In this document: positions 27,365 to 36,838 of the stretch, one piece after another
How the letters are laid out: each line of letters opens with the position of its first letter
Position numbering within the stretch: the stretch's first letter is position 1
From: an uncultured Methanobrevibacter sp.
GTDB lineage: Archaea > Methanobacteriota > Methanobacteria > Methanobacteriales > Methanobacteriaceae
Direction of reading: 5' to 3'
DNA: 64,000 nt
NCBI RefSeq assembly: GCF_902774605.1
Contig: NZ_CACYJE010000006.1
Coordinates: forward strand, 3,818-67,817
Position numbers and translations under genes: made by a program
Notes under the pieces: generated by a model
What the model saw: only the letters and a program-made list of their open reading frames with translations
Told to the model about the DNA's origin: nothing
Database searches by the model: none

Positions 27365-28195
27365 TTATTTTTTCAGATTAATCCTTTCAGGCGCAGTATA
27401 GACCGTGAAGCGGTTGTCGCGCACAAAACCAATCATCGTAATGTTTCCGGCAGAGGCCACGTCAATTCCTGATGAAGCTGGCGCCGCATTGGAGATTATT
27501 ATCGGCACTCCGACGCGTATCACTTTTATAAGCATGTCCGCAGGCATCCTTCCACTGTATGAAATGTAGCATCGGCTGAAGTCAAGGCCCATCCTTGAGG
27601 CTGCCCCTATCACCTTATCCACTGCGACATGACGGCTCACATCCTCCCGGATGATGATTTCATCCCCGCATTTAAGCTGCGCAACGTGCACCCCTGCGGT
27701 TTTCTGCCAGATTTTGGCCTCATCAGTTAAATGCCTGATGTCTTTAATCACCTGTGTTGCATCGATTGTCAAATCCGAAGTGTTTGGCTCTATGGTCTTC
27801 AGCTCGGACCTTATCCCCCCTGCATTGTCGGAGTTCACTCCCTGGTATTCCAAAAGCCTGCATACGCATGCGTGTTCACAGTTTCCCTTTCTCTCCTGAA
27901 CGATTCCTTCCTGTTCAAGGTCCTCTTCAGGATCATGGGAGAGCTTGGTTGACACCAGCACGTTTGTCCCGTCAAGATTGATTGATTCTATATCGGAGTA
28001 ATCCTTGATCAGTCCTTCACCAAGGCAGTATCCGACTGCAAAGTCCTCAAGGTCCTTTGGGTATGTGGAGAATTTCCTTGGAGGCAGATAGTCGATGAAG
28101 AGGTATGTGTACTCGTCATCGACACTGTTTTCCTTGATTGTTTGATATTCCCCGTCTTTCCATTGTATCACTTCAGTCTGTCTTATGAAATCCAT
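27365..28195 (-). CDS. fdhD: Formate dehydrogenase accessory sulfurtransferase FdhD
   Basis: DLEDFAVGYCLGEG, KTAGVHVA, EDVSRHVAVDKVIG, SGRMPADM, ITMIGFVR. Confidence 0.85.
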   Translation of the reverse strand: MDFIRQTEVIQWKDGEYQTIKENSVDDEYTYLFIDYLPPRKFSTYPKDLEDFAVGYCLGEGLIKDYSDIESINLDGTNVLVSTKLSHDPEEDLEQEGIVQERKGNCEHACVCRLLEYQGVNSDNAGGIRSELKTIEPNTSDLTIDATQVIKDIRHLTDEAKIWQKTAGVHVAQLKCGDEIIIREDVSRHVAVDKVIGAASRMGLDFSRCYISYSGRMPADMLIKVIRVGVPIIISNAAPASSGIDVASAGNITMIGFVRDNRFTVYTAPERINLKK

Positions 28196-28289
28196 ATTTA
28201 TTCACCTTCAATTAATAATATTAACAATTGTTATATTTATATTTTTGACACCGCAAACACTTTAACAAGCAAAAAATAATATACAAACA

Positions 28290-29093
28290 ATGAAAATACT
28301 ATACCTAACCGACCTATACTACAATGCCAAGGGAAGAGACTACTATGAGGAAGACCTCTACATTACCGGAAGGCTGAAAGAAGAATTCGACATTGCCCTA
28401 TGCCATCCCATAAACTCGAAAAGCTTTGAAAAGGAAGCCGACCTGATAGTATTCAGAAACACAGGCCCCGTCAGCGGATTTCGGAAAACATATGATGAAT
28501 TTGTTGAAAGGGTGAAAACAGATAATCTTAAAACATTCAACGAGTTCACCGGAAAGGCAGATATGCAAGGCAAGCAATACCTTCTCGATTTGACAGCAAG
28601 GGACTATCCGGTCATCCCCACAATAGACAGTATTGAAAACCTCAAGCTTCTGGGAGACTTCGAAAAGTATGTGATAAAGCCTAAAGACGGTGCAGACTCC
28701 ATCGGGCTTGAATTCCTTGACAAGAAAGAATTATTGAAAAGAAACCTTGAAAACACTCTAATACAGCCTGCAATTGATTTTGAATATGAAGTGTCATTCT
28801 ACTTCATCAACAATACCCTGGAATATGCCCTATACGCACCGGATAAGGAAAAGCGTTGGGAGCTTGAAAGGTATGATTTCACAAGGAAAGACAAGGAGTT
28901 TGCATTGAAATTCATTGAATGGAACCACATTGAAAAGGGAATACAGAGAGTGGACGCCTGCAGGACACGGGATGGCAAATTATTGCTGGTTGAACTGGAA
29001 GACCTGAATCCTTACCTGTCCCTTTTGGAATTGGACAGAAAAACAAGAGAAAGATTCATGAATGATTTCATGAATGTCTTAAAAAAAATATGA
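28290..29093 (+). CDS. ATP-grasp (RimK/glutathione-synthetase-like) protein
   Basis: VIKPKDGADS, LIQP, EVSFYF, RVDAC, LLVELEDLNPYL. Confidence 0.7.
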   Translation: MKILYLTDLYYNAKGRDYYEEDLYITGRLKEEFDIALCHPINSKSFEKEADLIVFRNTGPVSGFRKTYDEFVERVKTDNLKTFNEFTGKADMQGKQYLLDLTARDYPVIPTIDSIENLKLLGDFEKYVIKPKDGADSIGLEFLDKKELLKRNLENTLIQPAIDFEYEVSFYFINNTLEYALYAPDKEKRWELERYDFTRKDKEFALKFIEWNHIEKGIQRVDACRTRDGKLLLVELEDLNPYLSLLELDRKTRERFMNDFMNVLKKI

Positions 29094-29100
29094 AAAAAAG

Positions 29101-30087
29101 TCATTCAATCAGACAGACACTCTGCTTTTTCCAATAACAGTTATTGCAGGTCTTGCACTCTGATTTGGCATGAGGGTCATCCACCCACTCACTTAAAAAT
29201 CCCGGATTTTTAACAAATGGCCTTTGCATTGAAATGAAATCAATCTCCGTGCTGTTCAAAAGTTCATTGATTTGATCCTGGCCGGATTGGCCCCCTCCCA
29301 AAACCACGGGAATGTCTACACTGCGGGCAACCCTGTCTGCAAAATCAACCAGCATGTTCTGGTTGGATTGTCCCTTACGGAAGTACTGTGGGGACAGGAA
29401 CTTGGTAATCTGCAGGCTGTCTGCACCGTTATCGGCAAGAATCCTGCATATCTCAAGTGAATCATCCTCATCCTGGTACAGGTTAACCTTGCAGTGCACG
29501 TGCAGGTCAGTGGTCTTTTTAATCAGCTGGATAATCTCAACAATCATCCTTACGCGATTGTATGTGCTTCCGCCGTAATCGTCATCCCTTGTGTTTTCAA
29601 ATGGATTCATGACACGTGAGAGGTAGAAATTATTCCCCACGCATAGCTCGACACCATCAAAGCCGGCAAACATTATCTTTTTAGCGGCCACAACATAATC
29701 CGCCTGGATGGTTCGGATGTCCTCGATTGTCAAGTCATTGACTTCCATCATCTGTTTGCCGTTGACATTGCAGTTGACAAAGCCTATTTGGGCAAGAATG
29801 GGAACGTGATGCTCATGGGCGACTTCGGTGACTTCCTTGAAGTCCCTTATGAAGGATGGAGTGTTGATGTAGTGGGTGTAGTCGCTGAACCGGTCATGGT
29901 CATACATTGAAATCAGCTCGGTGACAATCACTCCAACATCGCTTTCAGCCATTTTCTCATAACGGTCATATATTTCCTGTGTCAATCCCTTTGCGGAATC
30001 GTTTTGGGATTCCCACAGTCCGTTTCTAATGATTCTGCTTGAAACCGGCAGGCTTCCAAATTTAGTATGGTCAAATATAGTTTTCAT
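29101..30087 (-). CDS. NADH:flavin oxidoreductase / old yellow enzyme family (divergent)
   Basis: AGFDGVEL, NP.ENTRDDDYGGS..NR.R, GG..S, SMQRPF..NP, C-terminal CKTCNNC. Confidence 0.8.
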   Translation of the reverse strand: MKTIFDHTKFGSLPVSSRIIRNGLWESQNDSAKGLTQEIYDRYEKMAESDVGVIVTELISMYDHDRFSDYTHYINTPSFIRDFKEVTEVAHEHHVPILAQIGFVNCNVNGKQMMEVNDLTIEDIRTIQADYVVAAKKIMFAGFDGVELCVGNNFYLSRVMNPFENTRDDDYGGSTYNRVRMIVEIIQLIKKTTDLHVHCKVNLYQDEDDSLEICRILADNGADSLQITKFLSPQYFRKGQSNQNMLVDFADRVARSVDIPVVLGGGQSGQDQINELLNSTEIDFISMQRPFVKNPGFLSEWVDDPHAKSECKTCNNCYWKKQSVCLIE

Positions 30088-30142
30088 ACTAAAATATTGT
30101 TAAAAAAGAGTATATAAACTGGAAAGTAACTCACAAATTACC

Positions 30143-31261
30143 TTATTCGAAAATGTTGGCTACTTTTTTAAGCTCACGGGATATCTTTAAATGCTGAGGG
30201 CATGTTTGCTCGCACTCTCCGCATTCATTGCAGTCTGAAGCCTTCCCATGTTCCTGACAGATGAGGTCATACTCATCATAATAGCTTGAGTCCAGCCTGT
30301 CGGATTTCTTGTTCAGGTTATACAAGTCAAAGCATTTGGATATTGGAATGTCATTGGGGCAATGGCCCTTGCAGTAATCGCAGGTGGTGCATTGGATTTC
30401 GCCACGATTATCCAACAAATCCCTTGCCTTATTAATGATTCTGACTTCATCCTCGTTCAATTTGTTGAAATTGCGGATGAACTCCATGTTCTCATGCACT
30501 TCCTCTATTGTGCTCATTCCACTCAATATCATCTCGACATTGTCCAGATTCAGCACAAATGACAATGCCCATAATGCCGGCGGCCAATCGTTATGGCTGG
30601 CGAAGACTCTTTTCACATCCCTGTTGACCCTTGCCAGCTGACCTCCCTTGATGGGGCCCATGACAAACACGGGCTTGTTGTGACTGGTGGCGACTTCGTA
30701 GCATTCACGGGACTGGACATATGAGCTGTCCCAGTCCTTGTAGTTTATCTGCAGCAGTACGAACTCGATTTCAAGGTGTTCGGTCAGGATCTTGTCCAGG
30801 ACCTCCGGTGTGTCATGAAGGCTCACTCCGAGCTTTTTGATTCTTCCCTGTCTTTTGAACTCCTTCATCACATTGAAAATGTCAAGTTTCCTGCACAATC
30901 CCTCATAGTAGCGGTCTTCAGGGTCATGAGCCATGTAATAGTCGAAATAATCAACGCCGCACCTTTCAAGCTGCTCCTCGAAAATCTCATAGGGGTCGTC
31001 GCTCATCTTCATGGTGTAGACTGGCATCTTGTCTGATATTATTATTTCATCTCGAGGGTACCTTTCAACGACGCATTTCCTTATGGTTGATTCGCTTTTC
31101 TCGCCGAGGTACTGGTAGGCAGTGTCAAAGAACCTTCCGCCGGATTGAATGTATGCGTCAACCATCTCATTGGTCGCATCCAAGTCAATGTCTCCTCCCT
31201 TATATGGCAGTCTCATGAAGCCGAAGCCGAACCTTCCAATATCATCCATCATAACATTCAC
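30143..31261 (-). CDS. Aldo/keto reductase with C-terminal Fe-S domain
   Basis: GFGFMRLP, FDTAYQY, GVDYFDYYMAH, CTTCDYC...CP, CNECGECEQTCPQ. Confidence 0.88.
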   Translation of the reverse strand: MNVMMDDIGRFGFGFMRLPYKGGDIDLDATNEMVDAYIQSGGRFFDTAYQYLGEKSESTIRKCVVERYPRDEIIISDKMPVYTMKMSDDPYEIFEEQLERCGVDYFDYYMAHDPEDRYYEGLCRKLDIFNVMKEFKRQGRIKKLGVSLHDTPEVLDKILTEHLEIEFVLLQINYKDWDSSYVQSRECYEVATSHNKPVFVMGPIKGGQLARVNRDVKRVFASHNDWPPALWALSFVLNLDNVEMILSGMSTIEEVHENMEFIRNFNKLNEDEVRIINKARDLLDNRGEIQCTTCDYCKGHCPNDIPISKCFDLYNLNKKSDRLDSSYYDEYDLICQEHGKASDCNECGECEQTCPQHLKISRELKKVANIFE

Positions 31262-33723
31262 CCCTTCAATCCCTTTTCAGCCAAGTACTTTCCGGTCAAG
31301 CTGTTTTCAGCATTCATAACATCCTTGAGGGAACCTGAAGCAAGTATATCGCCGCCCCAGTAGTCATCATCTATGCCGATGTCGATGATGTAATCCGCAT
31401 TGGCTATCAAGTCAAGGTCATGCTCGATGACGATGACTGTTGCTCCCTTGCCTATCAGATGGTCGAAGACATCAATCAACACTTTAACGTCCAGCGGGTG
31501 GAGGCCTATTGTCGGCTCATCGAATATGAATATGGAGTTCTTCTGTGACTTGCCTATCTCTGATGCGAGCTTGAGCCTTTGCGCCTCGCCACCGGAAAGG
31601 CTTGGAGTGGCCTCACCCAGTGTCAGATATCCCAATCCCAAATCGGAGAGCTTCTGCAGTTTGCGTGTGACCTTATCCAACTCGAACAGTTCTTCAAGCG
31701 CCTCGTCAATTGTCAATCCCATGATGTCTGCAATGGAGAGGCCGTTATATGTTATATCCTCCACTTTCCTGTCATACCTGAGCCCGTCGCATTCAGGACA
31801 TGTTATCTCCACATCCGGGAGGAACTGAACATCCATTGATACGCTGCCTGTGCCGTTGCAGGTCTCGCATCTCAACTTGCCGGTATTGTATGAGAAGTCA
31901 GCCATCTTGTACTCATCAGTCAATTTGGCAAATTCCCTTCTCAGGTCATCCAATACCTTGGAGTATGTTGCAACGGTACTGCGGACGTTCTTGCCTATCG
32001 GGACGCTGTCAATCAGGTCGATTTTCTTGATGCCATCACAGTCAATGTCCACTATCTCATCTGAGAGTTCCTCCCCATTGATGATTGCCTTTACCGCAGG
32101 GTACAATGCCTCCAACAGGAGCGTGGTCTTACCGCTTCCGGACACTCCACTGACTACCGTGAGCTTACCCTTTGGAATGTTGATGTCCATTGATTTCACA
32201 TTGTGAATCTCATTTGTCCTGATGTTGATGGACCCGTTCTCGAAGACATCCCCTGACTTGTCACGGATTATGACATTCTCAGTGTTTGTTAAGAATGGTG
32301 CAATCTGGGAGTCAGGATTCATTTCAATCTCCTTTAGGCTGCCCTGGGCGATGATGTTTCCGCCATCAGCCCCTGCTTGGGGACCCATTTCAATCATGTA
32401 GTCGGCGATGCTGAGTATTTTAGTGTCATGGTCAACCAATATGATGGAGTTTCCATCCTCAACCAGCTTGCGGATGACACTGATCAATCCGTTTACGTTA
32501 TCGGGGTGCAATCCGATGGACGGCTCATCCAACACATAGAGGACCCCGGTTGTCCTGTTCCTTAAGGTCTTCGCCAGTTGGACACGCTGCAATTCCCCTG
32601 TGGACAATGTGTTTGATGGCCTATCAAGGGAGATGTAGCTCAATCCCAAGTCCAGGAGGATTTTAGCGTCGTTCATGAATTCCTCGGCGATGGACTCGGC
32701 CATCTTTCGAACCTCGCTAGGCAAATTGGAAATGACTTCCGGAATCCACTGCACGAGTTCCTTAAGGTTCAATTCGCATGCCTGGGACAATGTCAAACCG
32801 CCGAGGAGTGTCTGGTTGGCCCTGGCGTTGAGCCTTGTTCCGTGGCAGTCGCTGCAGACCTTGGTGGTTAGGAACTTGTTGATTTTGGTCAAGCCCTTTT
32901 CTGTTTTGGCGTTTCTTAACGCCTCCTCGATTGCCTTGTGGGCGTTTCGATACTCTGCATTCAGCTCGAATAGCTTGCCGTTCTTTGATGGGATGTTAAT
33001 GTATTTCTTGACTGCAGGACCATTGTAGACAATGTCCTTTTCCTCATCGGTCAAGTCCTTGAATGGGACATCCAATCGGACTCCCAGCTCGCCTGCAACA
33101 TGGTACATCCATGATATTCCAAACTGGTTCCATGCGTCAACGGCGCCCTCCTCAAGGGTCTTGGTCTCATCGCCCACAAGGGTGGTGTCGTCCACGTCCC
33201 TGATGTAGCCTGTTCCGCTGCATGTCGGGCATGCACCGTCGGAGTTGAATGCGTATTCCTCAGCACCCAATCCGTAGAATTCCTCTCCGCACTCAGGACA
33301 AACAATAGGGATTTCACGGGCAACATTGAGTGTCGGCTCCTGCAGGTGACCGTTTGGGCAGGTGTAGTTGCCGCATCTTGAGTACAATAATCTCAATGAG
33401 TTCAAAAGCTCAGTGGAGGTTCCGAATGTTGAGCGGATGTTCGGGATGTTCGGCCTTTGGTGCAGTGCCAGTGCGGCCGGCACATACTGTATCAGGTCGA
33501 CCTGAGCCTTGCGGGATTGTGAAATCCTTCTGCGGGTGTAGGTTGACAAGGCATCAAGGTATCTTCTTGACCCCTCTGAGTACAGGACTCCCAGTGCCAA
33601 TGAGGATTTCCCGCTTCCGGACACACCGCTTACGGCCACGATCTTTCCCAGTGGAATGTCCACGTCAATGTTTTTTAAGTTATGAACTTTCGCTCCCCTA
33701 ATGATTATCATGTCTTGGTACAT
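31258..33723 (-). CDS. UvrA-like ABC ATPase (short, class II/DrrC-like)
   Basis: HNLKNIDV, GVSGSGKSS, LSTGELQR, LDEPSIGLH; second GVSGSGKT, LSGGEAQR, FDEPTIGLH; Zn-finger CxxC pairs; 821 aa. Confidence 0.88.
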   Translation of the reverse strand: MYQDMIIIRGAKVHNLKNIDVDIPLGKIVAVSGVSGSGKSSLALGVLYSEGSRRYLDALSTYTRRRISQSRKAQVDLIQYVPAALALHQRPNIPNIRSTFGTSTELLNSLRLLYSRCGNYTCPNGHLQEPTLNVAREIPIVCPECGEEFYGLGAEEYAFNSDGACPTCSGTGYIRDVDDTTLVGDETKTLEEGAVDAWNQFGISWMYHVAGELGVRLDVPFKDLTDEEKDIVYNGPAVKKYINIPSKNGKLFELNAEYRNAHKAIEEALRNAKTEKGLTKINKFLTTKVCSDCHGTRLNARANQTLLGGLTLSQACELNLKELVQWIPEVISNLPSEVRKMAESIAEEFMNDAKILLDLGLSYISLDRPSNTLSTGELQRVQLAKTLRNRTTGVLYVLDEPSIGLHPDNVNGLISVIRKLVEDGNSIILVDHDTKILSIADYMIEMGPQAGADGGNIIAQGSLKEIEMNPDSQIAPFLTNTENVIIRDKSGDVFENGSINIRTNEIHNVKSMDINIPKGKLTVVSGVSGSGKTTLLLEALYPAVKAIINGEELSDEIVDIDCDGIKKIDLIDSVPIGKNVRSTVATYSKVLDDLRREFAKLTDEYKMADFSYNTGKLRCETCNGTGSVSMDVQFLPDVEITCPECDGLRYDRKVEDITYNGLSIADIMGLTIDEALEELFELDKVTRKLQKLSDLGLGYLTLGEATPSLSGGEAQRLKLASEIGKSQKNSIFIFDEPTIGLHPLDVKVLIDVFDHLIGKGATVIVIEHDLDLIANADYIIDIGIDDDYWGGDILASGSLKDVMNAENSLTGKYLAEKGLKG

Positions 33724-33923
33724 AGGATAATATTTAAAGGACTAATGTAATATATTTTAGGAAAAAACCTGATTGCCGGAATATGAATTGGCTAAAAAAA
33801 AAATGAGTTATGGAATGGGCTCACTCAAAGGAGGGCAATGATGCAAAAGCTTCACATGACAATCTTTCAAGATTATCCTACCCCAAGAGCCGGAAACCGC
33901 ATTCCCTAATGTATAAATGCAAA

Positions 33924-35012
33924 TCATTTACAGCTTAATGTCAAGGTAACATCACCTGAGCCGAGAATACTTTTCAATTCAGCTGCAGTGACTTTCTGAA
34001 CCTTGCCTATGCGAGTGTAATCCCATGAGTTTGACTCATAGAACAATGATATCTGATTGCCCTCATAGAGCACAATATCTCCTGCTGAGGTGGATATGTA
34101 CTTGTCGCTTGCAGGAAGTGAGAAGCCCAATCCTCCAACCTTTTCAAAACCGCCGTATTCACGGGCCTTGATTTTAATGTCGCCCTTTTCAAGCCTGTTT
34201 AGAAGTTCCTTAGTTGCCTTATTGTTTTCAAGCCTGACATCCAATGTATGGCCATTGACCTTAAGCTTGATGTGCTTGGCGTTGTCAACTGTCCTGATGC
34301 TGCTTTTCGCAGAAGCCTTCCCTACCTTAGAGGTGGCCTTGACATTGACTGTGACCTTGTGTGTGCCTTTCTTCAGGTTTTTAGTGTTGATGCTTACAAC
34401 CCCATTCTTGTTGGTTTTAAGAGAGTATTTCTTATATTTATTTCCAGTGAAGACTTTCATGAGGACTCGAATCCCCTTCATTGCCTTACCTGATTCCTTG
34501 TTTTTAACTGTTGCCTTGAATTTCTTGTTCTGCTTATAGATGCTTTTAATCTTCGGCGCCGAGATTTTCAGCTTCGCCTTTGACACCTTAACCATGGATG
34601 TCTTTGACTTGGCGGAGTACTGCTTAGTGTCCTTGACATTGACGATGATCTTATGCTTTCCAATGCTTAATTTAGAAGCGGAGTATTTTGCAACACCCTT
34701 GGAATCGGTGGTGACGGACACTTTCTTATGCTTTTTGCCAGTGAATACCTTCAACAGTATTTTGACATTGCCAACTGGCTTTTTTGTCTTGGCATCAACT
34801 GCCTTGACCTTGAAGGCCTTTCCTGAAGCATAAGTGGTTGACAGTTTCGAAGGAGACAATGAAATCGACTGTGGTTCATTAACACCCTCATCCGAAGCGG
34901 ATGAGGATGCAACAGTCGAATTTCCCGCCTCTTCAGCGCAAACTGCTGAAACGGCCAGGAAACATGCCATGATCAACATTAACAGAATAAACTTTTTAAT
35001 TTTCTTGTTCAT
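33924..35012 (-). CDS. Surface protein: signal peptide + Lys-rich Ig-like modules + cyclophilin-like fold domain
   Basis: Signal peptide; two VFTG.K.KK...T...GV modules; C-terminal L.NN.A..L...YGGFEKVG.L...AGDIVLY.GNQI.LFY..NSW.YTRIG. Confidence 0.75.
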   Translation of the reverse strand: MNKKIKKFILLMLIMACFLAVSAVCAEEAGNSTVASSSASDEGVNEPQSISLSPSKLSTTYASGKAFKVKAVDAKTKKPVGNVKILLKVFTGKKHKKVSVTTDSKGVAKYSASKLSIGKHKIIVNVKDTKQYSAKSKTSMVKVSKAKLKISAPKIKSIYKQNKKFKATVKNKESGKAMKGIRVLMKVFTGNKYKKYSLKTNKNGVVSINTKNLKKGTHKVTVNVKATSKVGKASAKSSIRTVDNAKHIKLKVNGHTLDVRLENNKATKELLNRLEKGDIKIKAREYGGFEKVGGLGFSLPASDKYISTSAGDIVLYEGNQISLFYESNSWDYTRIGKVQKVTAAELKSILGSGDVTLTLSCK

Positions 35013-35163
35013 ATAATATATAATTTACATCCGCAACATATAATATTATTCCTGAAACGGTGAAGGTTTTGAACATTAAAACTGGGTTGAATCAAACATT
35101 GGACATTATGTGGTTTGAATTTTCATCATATTATACCAATAAAATTTGGTCAAAAGCCCCCTC

Positions 35164-35337
35164 TTAATATGCATACCAAGGGTATAATGAGTAGGCTGAC
35201 CCTCCCAGTGACGGCTGCATTACGGGAATGCTGTCTACTTCACCGTTTTCGGGATTGGCTTTTTCAATTACATACGGTTCCACTTGGGACACGCTTAAGA
35301 TCTCCTCGACATTTCCAAATATCTTATTCACGTTCAT
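35164..35337 (-). CDS. 57-aa peptide with its own promoter (possible precursor peptide)
   Basis: MNVNKIFGNVEEILSVSQVEPYVIEKANPENGEVDSIPVMQPSLGGSAYSLYPWYAY; GGATGTGA SD; upstream CGAAAA-TATTTATAAA BRE/TATA. Confidence 0.6.
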   Translation of the reverse strand: MNVNKIFGNVEEILSVSQVEPYVIEKANPENGEVDSIPVMQPSLGGSAYSLYPWYAY

Positions 35338-35406
35338 AATTTCACATCCTTTTTTATCAAAACTTGTTTTTAATGTCTGTGAATAGGCATTTATAAATAT
35401 TTTCGA

Positions 35407-35426
35407 GTGCAAGTGCCTACTTGCAC
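35407..35426. promoter_or_regulatory. Perfect inverted repeat just upstream of the peptide-gene BRE
   Basis: GTGCAAGT-gcct-ACTTGCAC. Confidence 0.5.
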
Positions 35427-35579
35427 CATATAACAATCAGATAAAGCTTAAAATTATGAAATAAAAGTGATGAATAATATTTAAGTGAAAATAACATGAA
35501 TTCATTGAATTAAAAATCAATAAGCTTAAAAAAAAAGTGGTTGTTAAAACCCATAATGAACATTATGAGCTTTAAAGAT

Positions 35580-36599
35580 TTATAACAATTCTTTTCTCAA
35601 GTCAATAGTGTCCTTAAGGTCAGGCCCGGTTGAGATAATGGTTACAGGCACACCGGTTTCGGTTTGGATGTCCTCGATGAACGCCTTGGTTTCAGCAGAC
35701 AGTTGATCATAGTCCTGTACACGTGCACAATCGAATAACCTGTCAACACAGGTCAATGCGATTTGTGTTGCACCGTTGATTCTGCATGATTCCTTAGCAA
35801 GTTCCATGTCGAAGTAACCGATTCTTCTACGCCTACCGGTCACTACACCGTATTCCTCAAGGCCTTTGCTTTCAGCTTCCTCCTGAGTCATTTCGGTTGG
35901 GAACGGTCCTTCGCCAACACGGGAAATGTAGGATTTGAATACATTAATGACTTCATCTACTTTAGTTGGTCCAACACCAACGTCTGCTGCGAATGTTGAT
36001 GCTGTGGTGTCTTTACTGGTTACGAACGGGTAGGTTCCATAGTAAAGTGAAAGGGCGAAACCTTGTGATCCCTCGATGAACACTTCCTCGCCATTGTCGA
36101 TAGCCTCGTTGACTGCAACTGACACGTCAGTGATGTAGTCTTCAAGCACTGGTGAGTCCTTTGCCAATCCTATGGTTCTCAGTACACGGTCTGAGTTTGC
36201 AGGTCCGCATCCGGAACCTGTACTACCAATCTTTTTGGCAAGGTGTTCTGAGGCCTTGTCCCTTGACATGTGCTCTTCTGTTATGATTGCGCATCTTGGG
36301 TCAACGCTCATTCTTTCCTTAATGTTGTATTTTTTTAATTTTTCAAATTCGTCGAACAATACATCCGGGTTAACTAATACTCCTGCTCCAATCATGAGTT
36401 TAGCGTCTGTATGCACGAAACCTGATGGGGTTAATCTTAAACCGTATTTTTCACCGTTGAATTCAACGGAGTGCCCTGCATTTGGCCCAACGCCTGCACG
36501 AGCTATTATGTCCGGTTTGTCATTGTCACAGAGGTAGGTGATACATTTTCCTTTACCTTCATCACCCCATGCTCCACCAACTAAAATACTACAAGTCAT
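35580..36599 (-). CDS. purA: Adenylosuccinate synthetase (short archaeal type)
   Basis: [44 protein letters not shown]. Confidence 0.96.
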   Translation of the reverse strand: MTCSILVGGAWGDEGKGKCITYLCDNDKPDIIARAGVGPNAGHSVEFNGEKYGLRLTPSGFVHTDAKLMIGAGVLVNPDVLFDEFEKLKKYNIKERMSVDPRCAIITEEHMSRDKASEHLAKKIGSTGSGCGPANSDRVLRTIGLAKDSPVLEDYITDVSVAVNEAIDNGEEVFIEGSQGFALSLYYGTYPFVTSKDTTASTFAADVGVGPTKVDEVINVFKSYISRVGEGPFPTEMTQEEAESKGLEEYGVVTGRRRRIGYFDMELAKESCRINGATQIALTCVDRLFDCARVQDYDQLSAETKAFIEDIQTETGVPVTIISTGPDLKDTIDLRKELL

Positions 36600-36838
36600 C
36601 TAATAACTCCTTAAATATCAATGTTGAAAATTTTGATAAATTTTCATAACAATATTATTATATCATTTATTATTAAAAAGGTTTTTGAAAATCAGTGAAA
36701 AAAATGAACATGGTAAATTTTAACATCAATCATTAAAATCAAAAATTGCATCATCGATTAATCATGATTGAAAAAAAGAAATTAAAAAACATCCATTGAA
36801 TCATCATGATTAATGGACATTTGAAAAAACAGCGAAAT

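Noticed and set aside
35115-35339. GC-richer intergenic stretch as an ncRNA, or the + strand 74-aa ORF
   Set aside because: Better explained by the minus-strand 57-aa ORF with SD and BRE/TATA.
36745-36815. 12-bp inverted repeat ATTAATCATGAT...ATCATGATTAAT upstream of purA
   Set aside because: AT-only, long loop, no target-site duplication; insufficient for a MITE or operator call.
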